DNA of 64,000 nt from an uncultured Methanosarcinales archaeon. GTDB lineage: Archaea > Nanobdellota > Nanobdellia > Woesearchaeales > CAZYIM01. The stretch covers positions 32,001 to 96,000 of the forward strand of contig CAZYIM010000001.1 of assembly GCA_964647565.1 (NCBI GenBank), in the 5' to 3' direction. The notes below the pieces were generated by a model. It saw only the letters and a program-made list of their open reading frames with translations, ran no database searches and was not told the DNA's origin. Below are positions 18,924-28,497 of this stretch, in pieces; positions within the stretch are counted from its first letter, which is position 1, and every line of letters begins with the position of its first letter. The translations under genes were made by a program, and so were the position numbers.

Positions 18924-19505
18924 ATGAAACCAAAAGATAGAAAGACCAAGAAGATAGTCCTTTTTTCATTGCTAGTCCTGTTTTTAGTTGCGTTGATGAG
19001 CCTTCTCCTGTTTATCAGCCCGACAGAGTTGGTTGATAAGCTCGGTGTTCGAAATGGTTATCTGCTTGCATTCCTTGTTTCCTTCTTCGGCGGTTTTTCT
19101 GCTGCAGGCTCTGTCTCATTCATCAGTTTATTGATCACATTGGTTGCAGGCGGAATGAATCCTGTCATTCTTGGTCTGATCTCAGGTATCAGCCTGGCGA
19201 TTGGCGACAGTATAATGTTTCTAGCGGGTTCTAAGGGTAGAGAGTTGGTAAGCGACAAATGGGATAAGAGAATTGAGAATGTCGCTAAATTTATTAAGAA
19301 GAGAAAATGGCTTGAGACTTTGGTTCCATTACTTGCTTATCTCTATATGGGTTTTGTGCCCCTTCCTAATGATGTGCTTTTGCTATTCCTTGCAGCAATA
19401 AAATATCCTAAGAAAAGGATGGCTGTGATTATCATCCTAGGTGATATCACCTTTGCCTTGATGATCACTCTTTTGGCTGCAAAAGGCATCACGATATTGC
19501 TTTAG
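18924..19505 (+). CDS. VTT/DedA-like membrane protein
   Basis: LAIGDSIMFLAG..GR and PLPND motifs; several TM helices. Confidence 0.7.
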   Translation: MKPKDRKTKKIVLFSLLVLFLVALMSLLLFISPTELVDKLGVRNGYLLAFLVSFFGGFSAAGSVSFISLLITLVAGGMNPVILGLISGISLAIGDSIMFLAGSKGRELVSDKWDKRIENVAKFIKKRKWLETLVPLLAYLYMGFVPLPNDVLLLFLAAIKYPKKRMAVIIILGDITFALMITLLAAKGITILL

Positions 19506-19540
19506 AAAGGTATTTATATTCTTGTTTATTCCATTGCTGC

Positions 19541-19807
19541 ATGAGCATCGATGGAATTATATACAGGTTGAAAACAGCTCACGAGACTGGTAAAACTTAT
19601 GTTCGAAAAGAGATGAGATCAGTAGATGCAGAATGGGGATATATCCCTCCTGAACGCCAATACACAGGAAAACCTTTTTGGGATGGATTCATTGACGGCT
19701 TCTATATCCTGTTCATTGTCCCTAACTTAGGATTTGAATACTGTAAAGGCGCTGCTAAAGAGATGTTTAGAAAAGATAATAATATACCACCTCCCAAGAA
19801 CCAATAA
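19541..19807 (+). CDS. hypothetical protein
   Basis: 88-aa ORF with an upstream TATA-like box. Confidence 0.55.
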   Translation: MSIDGIIYRLKTAHETGKTYVRKEMRSVDAEWGYIPPERQYTGKPFWDGFIDGFYILFIVPNLGFEYCKGAAKEMFRKDNNIPPPKNQ

Positions 19808-19876
19808 TCGCAGTATTTCACTTCTATTCAGTAAATACTAGAAACATTTATATTCTATGCTTGATTACCTTTTTCT

Positions 19877-20857
19877 ATGGCAGAAGAAAAAGAACTAACT
19901 CCTGAACAACAGCAGGCCAGAGCTGATCTAAAGACAGGATTCAAGCTTTATTCTGATCGAATTTACCAGCATGCAATAGCCTATTTTGACAAGGCAATTG
20001 AGAATGATCCTAAGCTTGAAGAAGCATTAATCTGGATGGGCAGGAGTTTTTTGCATTTGGGCGCTCCTGAAGAATATATTGAGTGCTTCAATAAAGCAAT
20101 CGAGATCAATCCCAAGAACTACTGGACTCATTCTGGTCTTGGAACTGTCTATAATAGGATCGGTGAGCTTGAGAAGGCTCTTGAACAGTTTGAGATATCA
20201 AAAGAGCTTGCACCTAAAGGTCATGAAGGCGATCCATATCATGGAATAGGTAAAATACTTGCTCAGCAAGGCAAGACACAAGAAGCAGAGGAAAACCTGC
20301 TTAAGGCCAAGGAAATCCATCCTGAAAAAAAATCATTTCTTTTCACACTCGGCCAGTTTTATTTTGAAAATGAAGATATAGATAAGGCAGAAGAGTTCCT
20401 AGAACCTGTGGTCAAAGCTGTTGAATTAAGTGATGAACACCAAAATACAGGTAACATGATCCTGGCCAAGATCTATCTTGACAGGGAAGATTATAAAAAA
20501 GCTGAAAAGCATGTCAGGAATGTTCCTGAGATAGATCCCTGGATATATACAGTCAGGGCATTCAAGGCCAAGATTGGTTTTGTTGGAAAGAAAGGCGAAA
20601 TAGAAGAGAACATAGAAACATTGCTTGAACAAAATGAAAAAGAGCCTAGTGCAGAGAAGTTGAACAAGATTGGCATCATTTATGCTGCTGACGCTTTACC
20701 CGAGGCTATTGCCAACTATGAACAGAGCCTGGAATTCTTTGCGCAGGCGTATGAGATGGACAGGAATCTCAAGGATGCAAGAGAAAACATCTTGACCATA
20801 ATTAAGATGGACCCAACAAGCGATCTTAATAAGAACTATTCTCGTAGGCTTTACTAA
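19877..20857 (+). CDS. tetratricopeptide repeat protein
   Basis: Repeated A..YFDKAIE.DP / FNKAIEINP TPR patterns. Confidence 0.9.
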   Translation: MAEEKELTPEQQQARADLKTGFKLYSDRIYQHAIAYFDKAIENDPKLEEALIWMGRSFLHLGAPEEYIECFNKAIEINPKNYWTHSGLGTVYNRIGELEKALEQFEISKELAPKGHEGDPYHGIGKILAQQGKTQEAEENLLKAKEIHPEKKSFLFTLGQFYFENEDIDKAEEFLEPVVKAVELSDEHQNTGNMILAKIYLDREDYKKAEKHVRNVPEIDPWIYTVRAFKAKIGFVGKKGEIEENIETLLEQNEKEPSAEKLNKIGIIYAADALPEAIANYEQSLEFFAQAYEMDRNLKDARENILTIIKMDPTSDLNKNYSRRLY

Positions 20858-20902
20858 GCTAGTTCTAGAAAAATATAAAAGCACACTCCTTTTCATGCTA
20901 TT

Positions 20903-21484
20903 ATGAAAGATGCTCTTCTTGATAAGATTAAGATAAAGAATCCTGAAGCAGACATCGATCTGATTGACAAGGCTTATGAATATTCCAAGGAAGCGCACAA
21001 GCACCAGTTGCGCAAGTGCGGCACCAAGCCCTACTTTGTGCATCTCTATGCTGTTGTTGAACTGCTGATTGAATATGATGCCAGTACTGAAGCTATCTGC
21101 GCTGCCTTTCTGCATGACACTGTTGAGGACACAGAGGTTTCTATCGAAGATGTGAAAAAAGAGTTTGGTGAAACGATTGCATTTATTGTCGAAGGCTGCA
21201 CCAAGATCGAGATCAAGGGTAATAGGAAGTTAGCTAAGAAAAAGAGCCAGCAGAAGATCATGGAACACGGTGTCAAGGACAAGAAGGTTCTTATAATCAA
21301 GGTATGCGACAGATTGCATAACTCACATTCTATTCACAATATCGAGGCAGAGTACCAGGAATTGTTTGCCAGAGAGGCGCTTGACTTCTATGTTCCGCTG
21401 GCAGAAAGCCTGGGCATGAAAAAAGCAGCAGAGAAAATAAGAGAAAATGCAGAGAAGCATCTGAAAAAATTGGACAAACTTTAA
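20903..21484 (+). CDS. stand-alone RelA/SpoT-type HD hydrolase (small alarmone hydrolase-like)
   Basis: AHKHQLRK..PYFVH, LHDTVEDT, IKVCDRLHN and FYVPLAESLG motifs; no synthetase domain. Confidence 0.85.
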   Translation: MKDALLDKIKIKNPEADIDLIDKAYEYSKEAHKHQLRKCGTKPYFVHLYAVVELLIEYDASTEAICAAFLHDTVEDTEVSIEDVKKEFGETIAFIVEGCTKIEIKGNRKLAKKKSQQKIMEHGVKDKKVLIIKVCDRLHNSHSIHNIEAEYQELFAREALDFYVPLAESLGMKKAAEKIRENAEKHLKKLDKL

Positions 21485-21509
21485 AAAGAGTCCTTCCAAC
21501 TTCTAATCT

Positions 21510-22676
21510 ATGCCGGTTCACAGAATACATTTCATGCATGATTTCTTTGTAAAGAAGGAGATGAACCTGATCTATCTGTCTTTTTTTATCATAACATTTG
21601 CAGAGAGCATGATCGGCATATTCATACCAGTCTATCTCTACAAGCTCAACTACCCAATTACAGAGATCATCCTGTTCTACCTGTTGATCAGCCTGTTTTT
21701 TGTGGCATTCTCAATATTGGGAGCAAAGACAGTCTCAAAGGTCGGGGTTAAGCATGCTATCCTGTTTTCAACGCCATTCCTGATTTTATTCTATGTATTG
21801 ATGAACTATATCCAATATTCAAGATTGCTTTTTTTTCTATTGCCCTTATTGATATCATTGAACATGATTTGCTTTAACTACGGATTCCACCTCAACTTCA
21901 TCCTGCATTCAAACCAGAAGAAAAGAGGCAAGGAGCTCTCTACTCTGGGCATACTATCCATATTTTCTACGGCTCTTGGCCCTCTGTTTGCAGGACTGAT
22001 AATTGCGTTCTTCGGCTTCACAGCGCTTTTTGTGGCAGGCGCAATCATATTAGTGGCGGGAGTATTGCCACTCTTCCTGACAGATGAACACTATGAGAAG
22101 ACAGGAATAGATCCTAAAAAGACCATCAATTATATTACAGACAGGCGAAACTGGCACAAGTTCTTTAGCTTCACTGGCTATGCCATTGAGGAGATCATCA
22201 GCAGGATTCTATGGCCCATCTTCTTAATCATCCTTCTTTTGACAACAGAGAAGGTTGGCTTTATCGTGACGCTTACCTTCATCATATCAATCTTTGTCTA
22301 TTATATAATAGGCAAGTTTACAGACAAGTACGACAGGGGTAACCTGTTGAAGATCGGATCAATCTTGTATTTCTTTGGCTGGCTGGGCAGGATATTTGCC
22401 ACCTCAGCTCTAAAGGTGGTGATTGTAGACTCCTACAAGAACCTCTCCCAAAAAGTGCTTCATGTCCCATGGTCCGCCAAGTCATATGACATAGCAGCCA
22501 GGGAGAACTATTACATGTTCATTGTTGCCAGGGAGATCATATTCAACCTAGCAAGAGTGATTGTATTGCCATTCATAATCATGATTTTCTATATTGGCTT
22601 CTATCCATTCATAACATCCTTTTTAGTCGCAGCATTGTTCACTTTGCTTTATCCGATGTTGAATAAAACAAAATGA
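21510..22676 (+). CDS. MFS transporter
   Basis: About 12 TM helices; GKFTDKYDR motif-A-like loop. Confidence 0.85.
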   Translation: MPVHRIHFMHDFFVKKEMNLIYLSFFIITFAESMIGIFIPVYLYKLNYPITEIILFYLLISLFFVAFSILGAKTVSKVGVKHAILFSTPFLILFYVLMNYIQYSRLLFFLLPLLISLNMICFNYGFHLNFILHSNQKKRGKELSTLGILSIFSTALGPLFAGLIIAFFGFTALFVAGAIILVAGVLPLFLTDEHYEKTGIDPKKTINYITDRRNWHKFFSFTGYAIEEIISRILWPIFLIILLLTTEKVGFIVTLTFIISIFVYYIIGKFTDKYDRGNLLKIGSILYFFGWLGRIFATSALKVVIVDSYKNLSQKVLHVPWSAKSYDIAARENYYMFIVAREIIFNLARVIVLPFIIMIFYIGFYPFITSFLVAALFTLLYPMLNKTK

Positions 22677-23305
22677 AATATAAACTGATAAGTTTGGACA
22701 TGGATGGAGTCATCTTTAAGAAAGACAACTTCTGGATGAATCTGCATAAAGCCTTGGGCACCTATGAACAGGGCAAGGAGCTGACCAGGAAATACCTAAG
22801 AGAAGACTATGCTAAACTAGTTGAAGAGGTTGTCAATAAGCTTTGGAAGGGAAAAAGTGCTGATGCATATTTTGAGCTTGTGAAGACAAGTAAATATAAT
22901 CCAGGTGTCAAAGAAGCTGTAGCAAGTATGAAAAAAATGGGTTTTGAGCTCTGCATCATAACCTCAGGTCCCAGAGGATTGCTGGATAGGGCTAAAATAG
23001 AACTGGGTATTGAAGATGGGGTTTCAAATGATCTGGTCATCAAGGATAATTTAATCACAGGAGAATTCATATGCCCGATTGCTGCAGACAACAAGCGTCC
23101 GATCCTGGCAGAGATCTGCCTGAAACATGGAATCAGTGAAAAAGAGGTCATTGCCATCGGCAATGGATACAATGATGTCCCAAAGTTTGAGATGGCCGGC
23201 TTTTCCATTGCTTTTAATTCTCATTGCAAGGAGCTTAACAAGATAGCAGATGTTGTTGTAGAAGGCAATGATATGAGAGATGTTCTGGAAGTACTACCGA
23301 AATGA
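22673..23305 (+). CDS. HAD phosphatase (phosphoserine phosphatase-like)
   Basis: DMDGV, ITSG and GNGYND motifs. Confidence 0.85.
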   Translation: MKYKLISLDMDGVIFKKDNFWMNLHKALGTYEQGKELTRKYLREDYAKLVEEVVNKLWKGKSADAYFELVKTSKYNPGVKEAVASMKKMGFELCIITSGPRGLLDRAKIELGIEDGVSNDLVIKDNLITGEFICPIAADNKRPILAEICLKHGISEKEVIAIGNGYNDVPKFEMAGFSIAFNSHCKELNKIADVVVEGNDMRDVLEVLPK

Positions 23306-23425
23306 TAATTAAGTTACGTTCTACTTCGCTTTCTTCGGAAAAAAACTCAGAAAACTACGTCGCGCCATGCCACGAATGCCTCGCATTCAGTGGCTATCAC
23401 GGCAGCGACGGCCGTAATTTAATTA
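23306..23425. other. GC-rich nested inverted-repeat element between convergent genes (structured RNA or REP/MITE-like)
   Basis: Outer arms TAATTAAGTTACG / CGTAATTTAATTA; inner stems CGTCGC/GCGACG, GCCAC/GTGGC and GAATGC/GCATTC. Confidence 0.65.
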
Positions 23426-23442
23426 ATGCAATCTAAGAAATC

Positions 23443-23985
23443 TTACTCTTCATCCTTGACATAGTGATGGTCAAAGTTCTCGTCAGCAATAGGTGCAAAA
23501 GGATCCATATGCAACAAGTTTAGGGCTGCCTTGGCGCCTGTTTTCAATTGGTGTGCATGACCCGATGCAACCTGCTTTACGCCTTGTTTAAGTTTGTTGG
23601 CGACCTTGTCCAGAACAAGAGTGCATTCTCCTTCAAGATTGATAAAGGTCTCGACCACATTGTTATGGAAATGATGGGAAGTTACACAATTGGGCGGGAT
23701 TACCTGCACCAAAATCCCCTTCTTCACATGCATGCCAGGATATCTTGCTTGTGATCCTGCAGAGCACTGGAATTTCTCCTCAGAGAGTTCCCTATAATAT
23801 AACCTATGGTCATGTCCATTGAATTTAGGAAGAAGGATGGATTTCATGTGCTTGTCAAGAAAGGTCTTTTCCTTGGTCCGAACAGAAATAAAGTCTACGT
23901 TATGCTGCATATCAAGAAATTCATCCTCTGTCAAGTCCCTAGTTATAAGTGTGAACCTGTCCTTGGGAACCAATCTGACCCTCAT
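23443..23985 (-). CDS. cupin-domain protein
   Basis: SHHFHNNVVETFINLEG...GHAHQL cupin motifs in the C-terminal half. Confidence 0.75.
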   Translation of the reverse strand: MRVRLVPKDRFTLITRDLTEDEFLDMQHNVDFISVRTKEKTFLDKHMKSILLPKFNGHDHRLYYRELSEEKFQCSAGSQARYPGMHVKKGILVQVIPPNCVTSHHFHNNVVETFINLEGECTLVLDKVANKLKQGVKQVASGHAHQLKTGAKAALNLLHMDPFAPIADENFDHHYVKDEE

Positions 23986-24039
23986 GAAAGCTTGAAAAAA
24001 TCACAGTTTTTATAAATCTTTCCCATATCTCTTATATTC

Positions 24040-24798
24040 ATGGAAACCGACAAACTTGAATTTGACTTTGTAATTAACCTTCATGAACTGCTTGACAATA
24101 AGAATGGTGACGCTGTCAAGGAAGACATGCGAAGGGTTGTTGAGACAATACGAGAAAGGGAGCATGGAAACCACATAACCATCAAGTGTATTCTTGAAGT
24201 ATGTTACCTTACTGATGCTGAGATAGAGCTTCTATGCAAATGGTGCTTAGAATTGGGCATAGACTTTGTGAAGACATCAACTGGCTTTGGAACTGGAGAT
24301 ATAGATATGCACAAGATCCGCGTAATGAAAGAATCTGTTGGCGATGAAGCTGAGATCAAAGCTGCTGGCGGAATAGACACCTATGAAGAATTCATGGAAG
24401 CAATTGAACTCGGCGCACACAGGATCGGAGCCAGCAAAGGTGTGAAGCTGGTTGAGATGCATAAAGAACATAAGCACATGGACATGTCTGACAAGCAGTT
24501 TGCTTCATATATAGACCACACTTTCTTATATCCTGACGGTGAAGCAAATGATATCCAACAAATTGCAAAAGAAGTTGATGAATATGGATTTGCAGCATGC
24601 GTATGCAGACCAGAATTTGTAAAGGATGCGCTTGTTGTTCTTAAGGACTCAGATGCCAAGATCGGGTCATGCATCGGCTTTTCTGGACTTGTTGCCAAGG
24701 ACAAGGATGGCAAAACAGGCTTTATGCGATATAACATCCCAACAGAGCAGAAGATAGCAGAGATCGAGAAGAGCTTCGAGGCCTTGAAAGGATTTTAG
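24040..24798 (+). CDS. deoC: deoxyribose-phosphate aldolase, circularly permuted
   Basis: EFDFVIN, KCILE, FVKTSTGF, IKAAGGI and RIGAS come before IDHT...GFAACVC.P...CIGF, which is normally the N-terminal part. Confidence 0.85.
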   Translation: METDKLEFDFVINLHELLDNKNGDAVKEDMRRVVETIREREHGNHITIKCILEVCYLTDAEIELLCKWCLELGIDFVKTSTGFGTGDIDMHKIRVMKESVGDEAEIKAAGGIDTYEEFMEAIELGAHRIGASKGVKLVEMHKEHKHMDMSDKQFASYIDHTFLYPDGEANDIQQIAKEVDEYGFAACVCRPEFVKDALVVLKDSDAKIGSCIGFSGLVAKDKDGKTGFMRYNIPTEQKIAEIEKSFEALKGF

Positions 24799-25046
24799 AT
24801 TTATTTTTTCTTTAGTTCTTCAAAACCAATCGTATCATTGGGAAATAGGTGAAGAACATAGTTGCCCTCTGATAGTATCCCTTGCATTGTCCTGTATCTT
24901 GTTAAGGCTGCATTTTACGGAAAAGTTATGGCGACAAATAATTATTTATCATCTCCTAGTAGTAAATTTACGAAATATTTAAATACAAAAAGCTATTTCT
25001 TAGACGATATTTTAAAATAACTATAGATTCATTTCAGGCGAGTAAA

Positions 25047-26321
25047 TTGGAAAAGATCATAGATGACCCAAGAAGCGGTAAGATCAAAAAGAGAAAGAAG
25101 ACCCAGATCACAGATATAAACTCAGCACCTTCAGTTACGCGGTCAAAAAAAGGATTTTCAGAAGGAGGGCAACTTCTAAACTATATTGAACATATTGAAA
25201 AAAGCCTAGATAATCTGATATTTGAATATGGTTCGAATTCAATCCAGTTCCACATGCATGCCCAGATGTTGAATGTTTTCCAAGCCCAAAAAACCTTGTT
25301 CCAACAGTATGGAACCTCTAATTCCAAAGATTATATGCCAATTATGAGATCTGGTTTACCATCTGTAGACGCATTGAACTCAAATCTTGAAAAAATATGT
25401 CGGTTAACAAGAAAAAATCCGGATTTCAAGATCATTGCCGCCAGGATGAAAAAAGGCCTCACTGGAAAAAACAAAGGCAAGAGCAAGCACATCTACACTC
25501 TCGTATCAGAAAATGATTTTAATCTTGAATTTGAAAACTTCAAGGGTTTCGAACTGCTTTCTCAAAAAGGATTTCAACTAAGCCAGACAGAAAAAGGAGA
25601 ACTAGTTCTTGATTTCAAAGAAGATATCTTTGTAGATGCTCCTGATGAGATCTCGAAGAAATTCCCTGCATTGATACGTGAAGGAAAAGTAACATACAAG
25701 ATGGCATGGAAGAAACTAATCGATGAATTCGAAGTCTCTTATTTCTTGCCTAATACATCATTAGTGCTCCAGGAAAACACTATTGAATCTGAAGAGAAAA
25801 ATTTCGATGATATTTGCAGGACATACAAATTCAGGTCAAGTCATTATAATATGTATATACCTCCTTTCTCTTATTGGAGTCCAAAGATGATAAATTATGC
25901 TAAATTCTTGGCTTCTGGCCAAAGGGCAAGGATGGCAAGCACAACAGATATTCTCAATAAATTGTCAGAGACATATGAGCAAAAAGTGGTTTTAAAAGAT
26001 GTTAAAGAAGAAGCAATGAATGATATTCTTAAATTTTCTGACGTGCCCTTTGAAAATGCACCTGAGACCGCTCCGAGTGCCAAAGAACTAAAAGAACTGA
26101 ATATTTCCACTAAATTTGATTTAATGCTGGAATCTGGCAGTATAAACATCGGAACTCTGGATTTCACATTACCCGGAGTTTACCAAGTATCTGCTTATAT
26201 AGGAACTGTTAGTAGGTTTCTAAAAGGCCATATGAGTCTAAAAATCTTCGGCGGTAGTGTTGGAAATGAAACCCAATATAAAACTCTTCAAAAATCACTA
26301 AAAACAGTAAAAATGAGATGA
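25047..26321 (+). CDS. hypothetical protein
   Basis: 424-aa ORF with no recognised motif. Confidence 0.7.
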   Translation: MEKIIDDPRSGKIKKRKKTQITDINSAPSVTRSKKGFSEGGQLLNYIEHIEKSLDNLIFEYGSNSIQFHMHAQMLNVFQAQKTLFQQYGTSNSKDYMPIMRSGLPSVDALNSNLEKICRLTRKNPDFKIIAARMKKGLTGKNKGKSKHIYTLVSENDFNLEFENFKGFELLSQKGFQLSQTEKGELVLDFKEDIFVDAPDEISKKFPALIREGKVTYKMAWKKLIDEFEVSYFLPNTSLVLQENTIESEEKNFDDICRTYKFRSSHYNMYIPPFSYWSPKMINYAKFLASGQRARMASTTDILNKLSETYEQKVVLKDVKEEAMNDILKFSDVPFENAPETAPSAKELKELNISTKFDLMLESGSINIGTLDFTLPGVYQVSAYIGTVSRFLKGHMSLKIFGGSVGNETQYKTLQKSLKTVKMR

Positions 26322-26325
26322 TCAT

Positions 26326-27009
26326 ATGGAAAAATTTCTTTCTAAAATAATCAACGATATCAATAAAAGATATACTATTGAAGCCCTTTACATATATGGA
26401 TCTTATGTAAATGGGTATTATAGGGCAGACTCTGATATTGACATTGTTAGTATTTCTTCTCAGGATGCTAAAAGAAAACCTGTAAATATCAAACCAAATA
26501 TAAGCCTGCATATTATACACCCAACATTAACAGACGATTATAATTATACAATCCCTTATTCGCATTTAAGGATGGTCCCGGTCATAAACAAGAAAAAATG
26601 TGAAGAGATTTCTGACAAGATGAAGTTGGAACTGGTCAGAAGGCAGCTTATCAGATTTAAGGATCGTGGGAAAACAGACTTTAATGTTCTGGATCCGATA
26701 ATCAACTACTTATATTCATACTCATCTTTAAGGCCCTGGCGTGTAAAACCCATTAAAAGGACATTGGCATCAAAAGACTCCCTGAATATCCTGATGAACG
26801 CATACAGGAAAGTATTTGACTTATTGGAAGAAAAGCGAGTGATAATGAGAAATGGGGGGAGATATAAAATCAATCCAGATCATGTCTTTGATAAAGGCTT
26901 TGATAAACAAAAAGACGGTTTTCTCTACAAGGTAAGAGAATCATATCTGGGTTATTATTATCTGCGCACATTTCCCGATATTATCAAATTCAACAAGATA
27001 AGAATTTAA
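26326..27009 (+). CDS. nucleotidyltransferase-domain protein (Pol-beta/MNT fold plus C-terminal extension)
   Basis: YIYGSYVNG...DSDIDIV motif. Confidence 0.8.
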   Translation: MEKFLSKIINDINKRYTIEALYIYGSYVNGYYRADSDIDIVSISSQDAKRKPVNIKPNISLHIIHPTLTDDYNYTIPYSHLRMVPVINKKKCEEISDKMKLELVRRQLIRFKDRGKTDFNVLDPIINYLYSYSSLRPWRVKPIKRTLASKDSLNILMNAYRKVFDLLEEKRVIMRNGGRYKINPDHVFDKGFDKQKDGFLYKVRESYLGYYYLRTFPDIIKFNKIRI

Positions 27010-27072
27010 ATTTTCGTCACCATCTTATCACAAAGGAATGTTTTTATATAATTCTTCATTACTGGTTTTAAA

Positions 27073-28029
27073 ATGACACTATTTCCAGATTATTATGAAC
27101 CATATCGAAAAGCTGGCTTTTCATTCGAAGAGTACCAGGAGATTGAACAAAAATCCATGTGGGAAGCCCTGAAAGTAAAGAGGCAGATGGATAAGGAGAA
27201 CGAAGAAAGAAGAGTAAAGCTGATTGCCAGCTACACACCGCAGAAGCTCTTCAAGGAGTTCCTCTCCTTCCAAAAGAAGTTCGAGGAGAATGACCGAAGG
27301 AATTTCTGGTATAAGAGCGATGGTGATAAAAAAGCACCAAAGAGATTCAAATTGCGAGGGCCTAGAAAGGTAGTCCGAAAAACCCCTAAAGAGAAGGTAT
27401 TCAATGGAAAATTGCTTATGCAGAAGATCCGAGACGGGATTGATACAGTTGTAAGTCCTGTTGAATCCACTATCAGCAGCGGTGTTGATAAGATCAAAAG
27501 GGACAACCTTTCAAAGCAGATGAATGCCTATCTTGCTGACAAATTCGACATCCATCCATACAGCTGGGACGAGCTTCCTGATAAGGCAAAAGAGGATTTT
27601 GAACTGAATGGATCATCAGGGTACAATCCCTTAGTCATACCATTGCACAAGGGAGAGGACTATGTGCATATGCAGTTCATGGCCAATCTTGACTATCATG
27701 AATGGCACTTCTTTGATTTCAAGGGTGTTGATCATATGCTTTGTTTCCTTGATAGTAAGGATATAGTAAGAAGGACTCATGTGCTCATGGATATTGACCA
27801 TGCAATGGATGATGATTATCTCTTAGATCTAGGTTCTAAGATACAGTCTTATTTTCTGGAGAACAGGAAAAAAGAGCTAAGGGATGCTGTGCTGATTCCG
27901 ATCAAAGCACATCATATCGAAATCCAGGAAGCTTTTAGTCTCAAACCTGAAGAAAAGCGAAAAAGAAGAGCAAAGGGAAAGATAGTGACAGTAGATTACA
28001 GGTTTGTTGATCCTAAGACTGTAAAGTAA
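27073..28029 (+). CDS. hypothetical protein
   Basis: 318-aa ORF. Confidence 0.65.
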   Translation: MTLFPDYYEPYRKAGFSFEEYQEIEQKSMWEALKVKRQMDKENEERRVKLIASYTPQKLFKEFLSFQKKFEENDRRNFWYKSDGDKKAPKRFKLRGPRKVVRKTPKEKVFNGKLLMQKIRDGIDTVVSPVESTISSGVDKIKRDNLSKQMNAYLADKFDIHPYSWDELPDKAKEDFELNGSSGYNPLVIPLHKGEDYVHMQFMANLDYHEWHFFDFKGVDHMLCFLDSKDIVRRTHVLMDIDHAMDDDYLLDLGSKIQSYFLENRKKELRDAVLIPIKAHHIEIQEAFSLKPEEKRKRRAKGKIVTVDYRFVDPKTVK

Positions 28030-28089
28030 TTCAACAACATTTAAATATGAACCATTTTTTTCTATTCTTATAGCTCAAAGGGTGATAAT

Positions 28090-28497
28090 ATGAAAAAAGC
28101 ATTAGTTATATTAACTGTTTTAATGGCGGTCCTTCTGATAGCTGGCTGTGCCACTGTTGAGGTAAACGATGGAACTACAGCAACTGAGAATGATCAGGCT
28201 CCAGAAACACTGGATGAAAGGCCTGAAGATACAGAAGTAGCTGCACAAGCAACTACGTATACCCTGACAGATGTTGATAGCCACAATAATGCAGATGACT
28301 GCTGGCTTGTCATAGATGGTAAGGTGTACGATGTCACTGATTACGTTGCTTCACACAGGGGCGGCGAGACTATCCTTGAAGGCTGCGGAAGGGAAGCGAC
28401 TGACTTGTTCGAGACCAGGCCAATGGGCTCAGGTACTCCGCATTCAGCAGACGCAAGAGTATTGCTTGACGGCTACTTCATAGGCAATCTCGGATAA
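28090..28497 (+). CDS. secreted/lipoprotein cytochrome b5-like heme-binding domain protein
   Basis: LIAGC lipobox; HNNADDCWLVIDGKVYDVT..HRGG...G.EAT..F...HS. Confidence 0.88.
   Translation: MKKALVILTVLMAVLLIAGCATVEVNDGTTATENDQAPETLDERPEDTEVAAQATTYTLTDVDSHNNADDCWLVIDGKVYDVTDYVASHRGGETILEGCGREATDLFETRPMGSGTPHSADARVLLDGYFIGNLG

Noticed and set aside
24800..24960. Possible minus-strand gene remnant (...MQGILSEGNYVLHLFPNDTIGFEELKKK*) downstream of deoC
   Set aside because: It is under 40 codons, interrupted upstream by stops, and has no recognisable homology, so I cannot support a CDS or pseudogene call.
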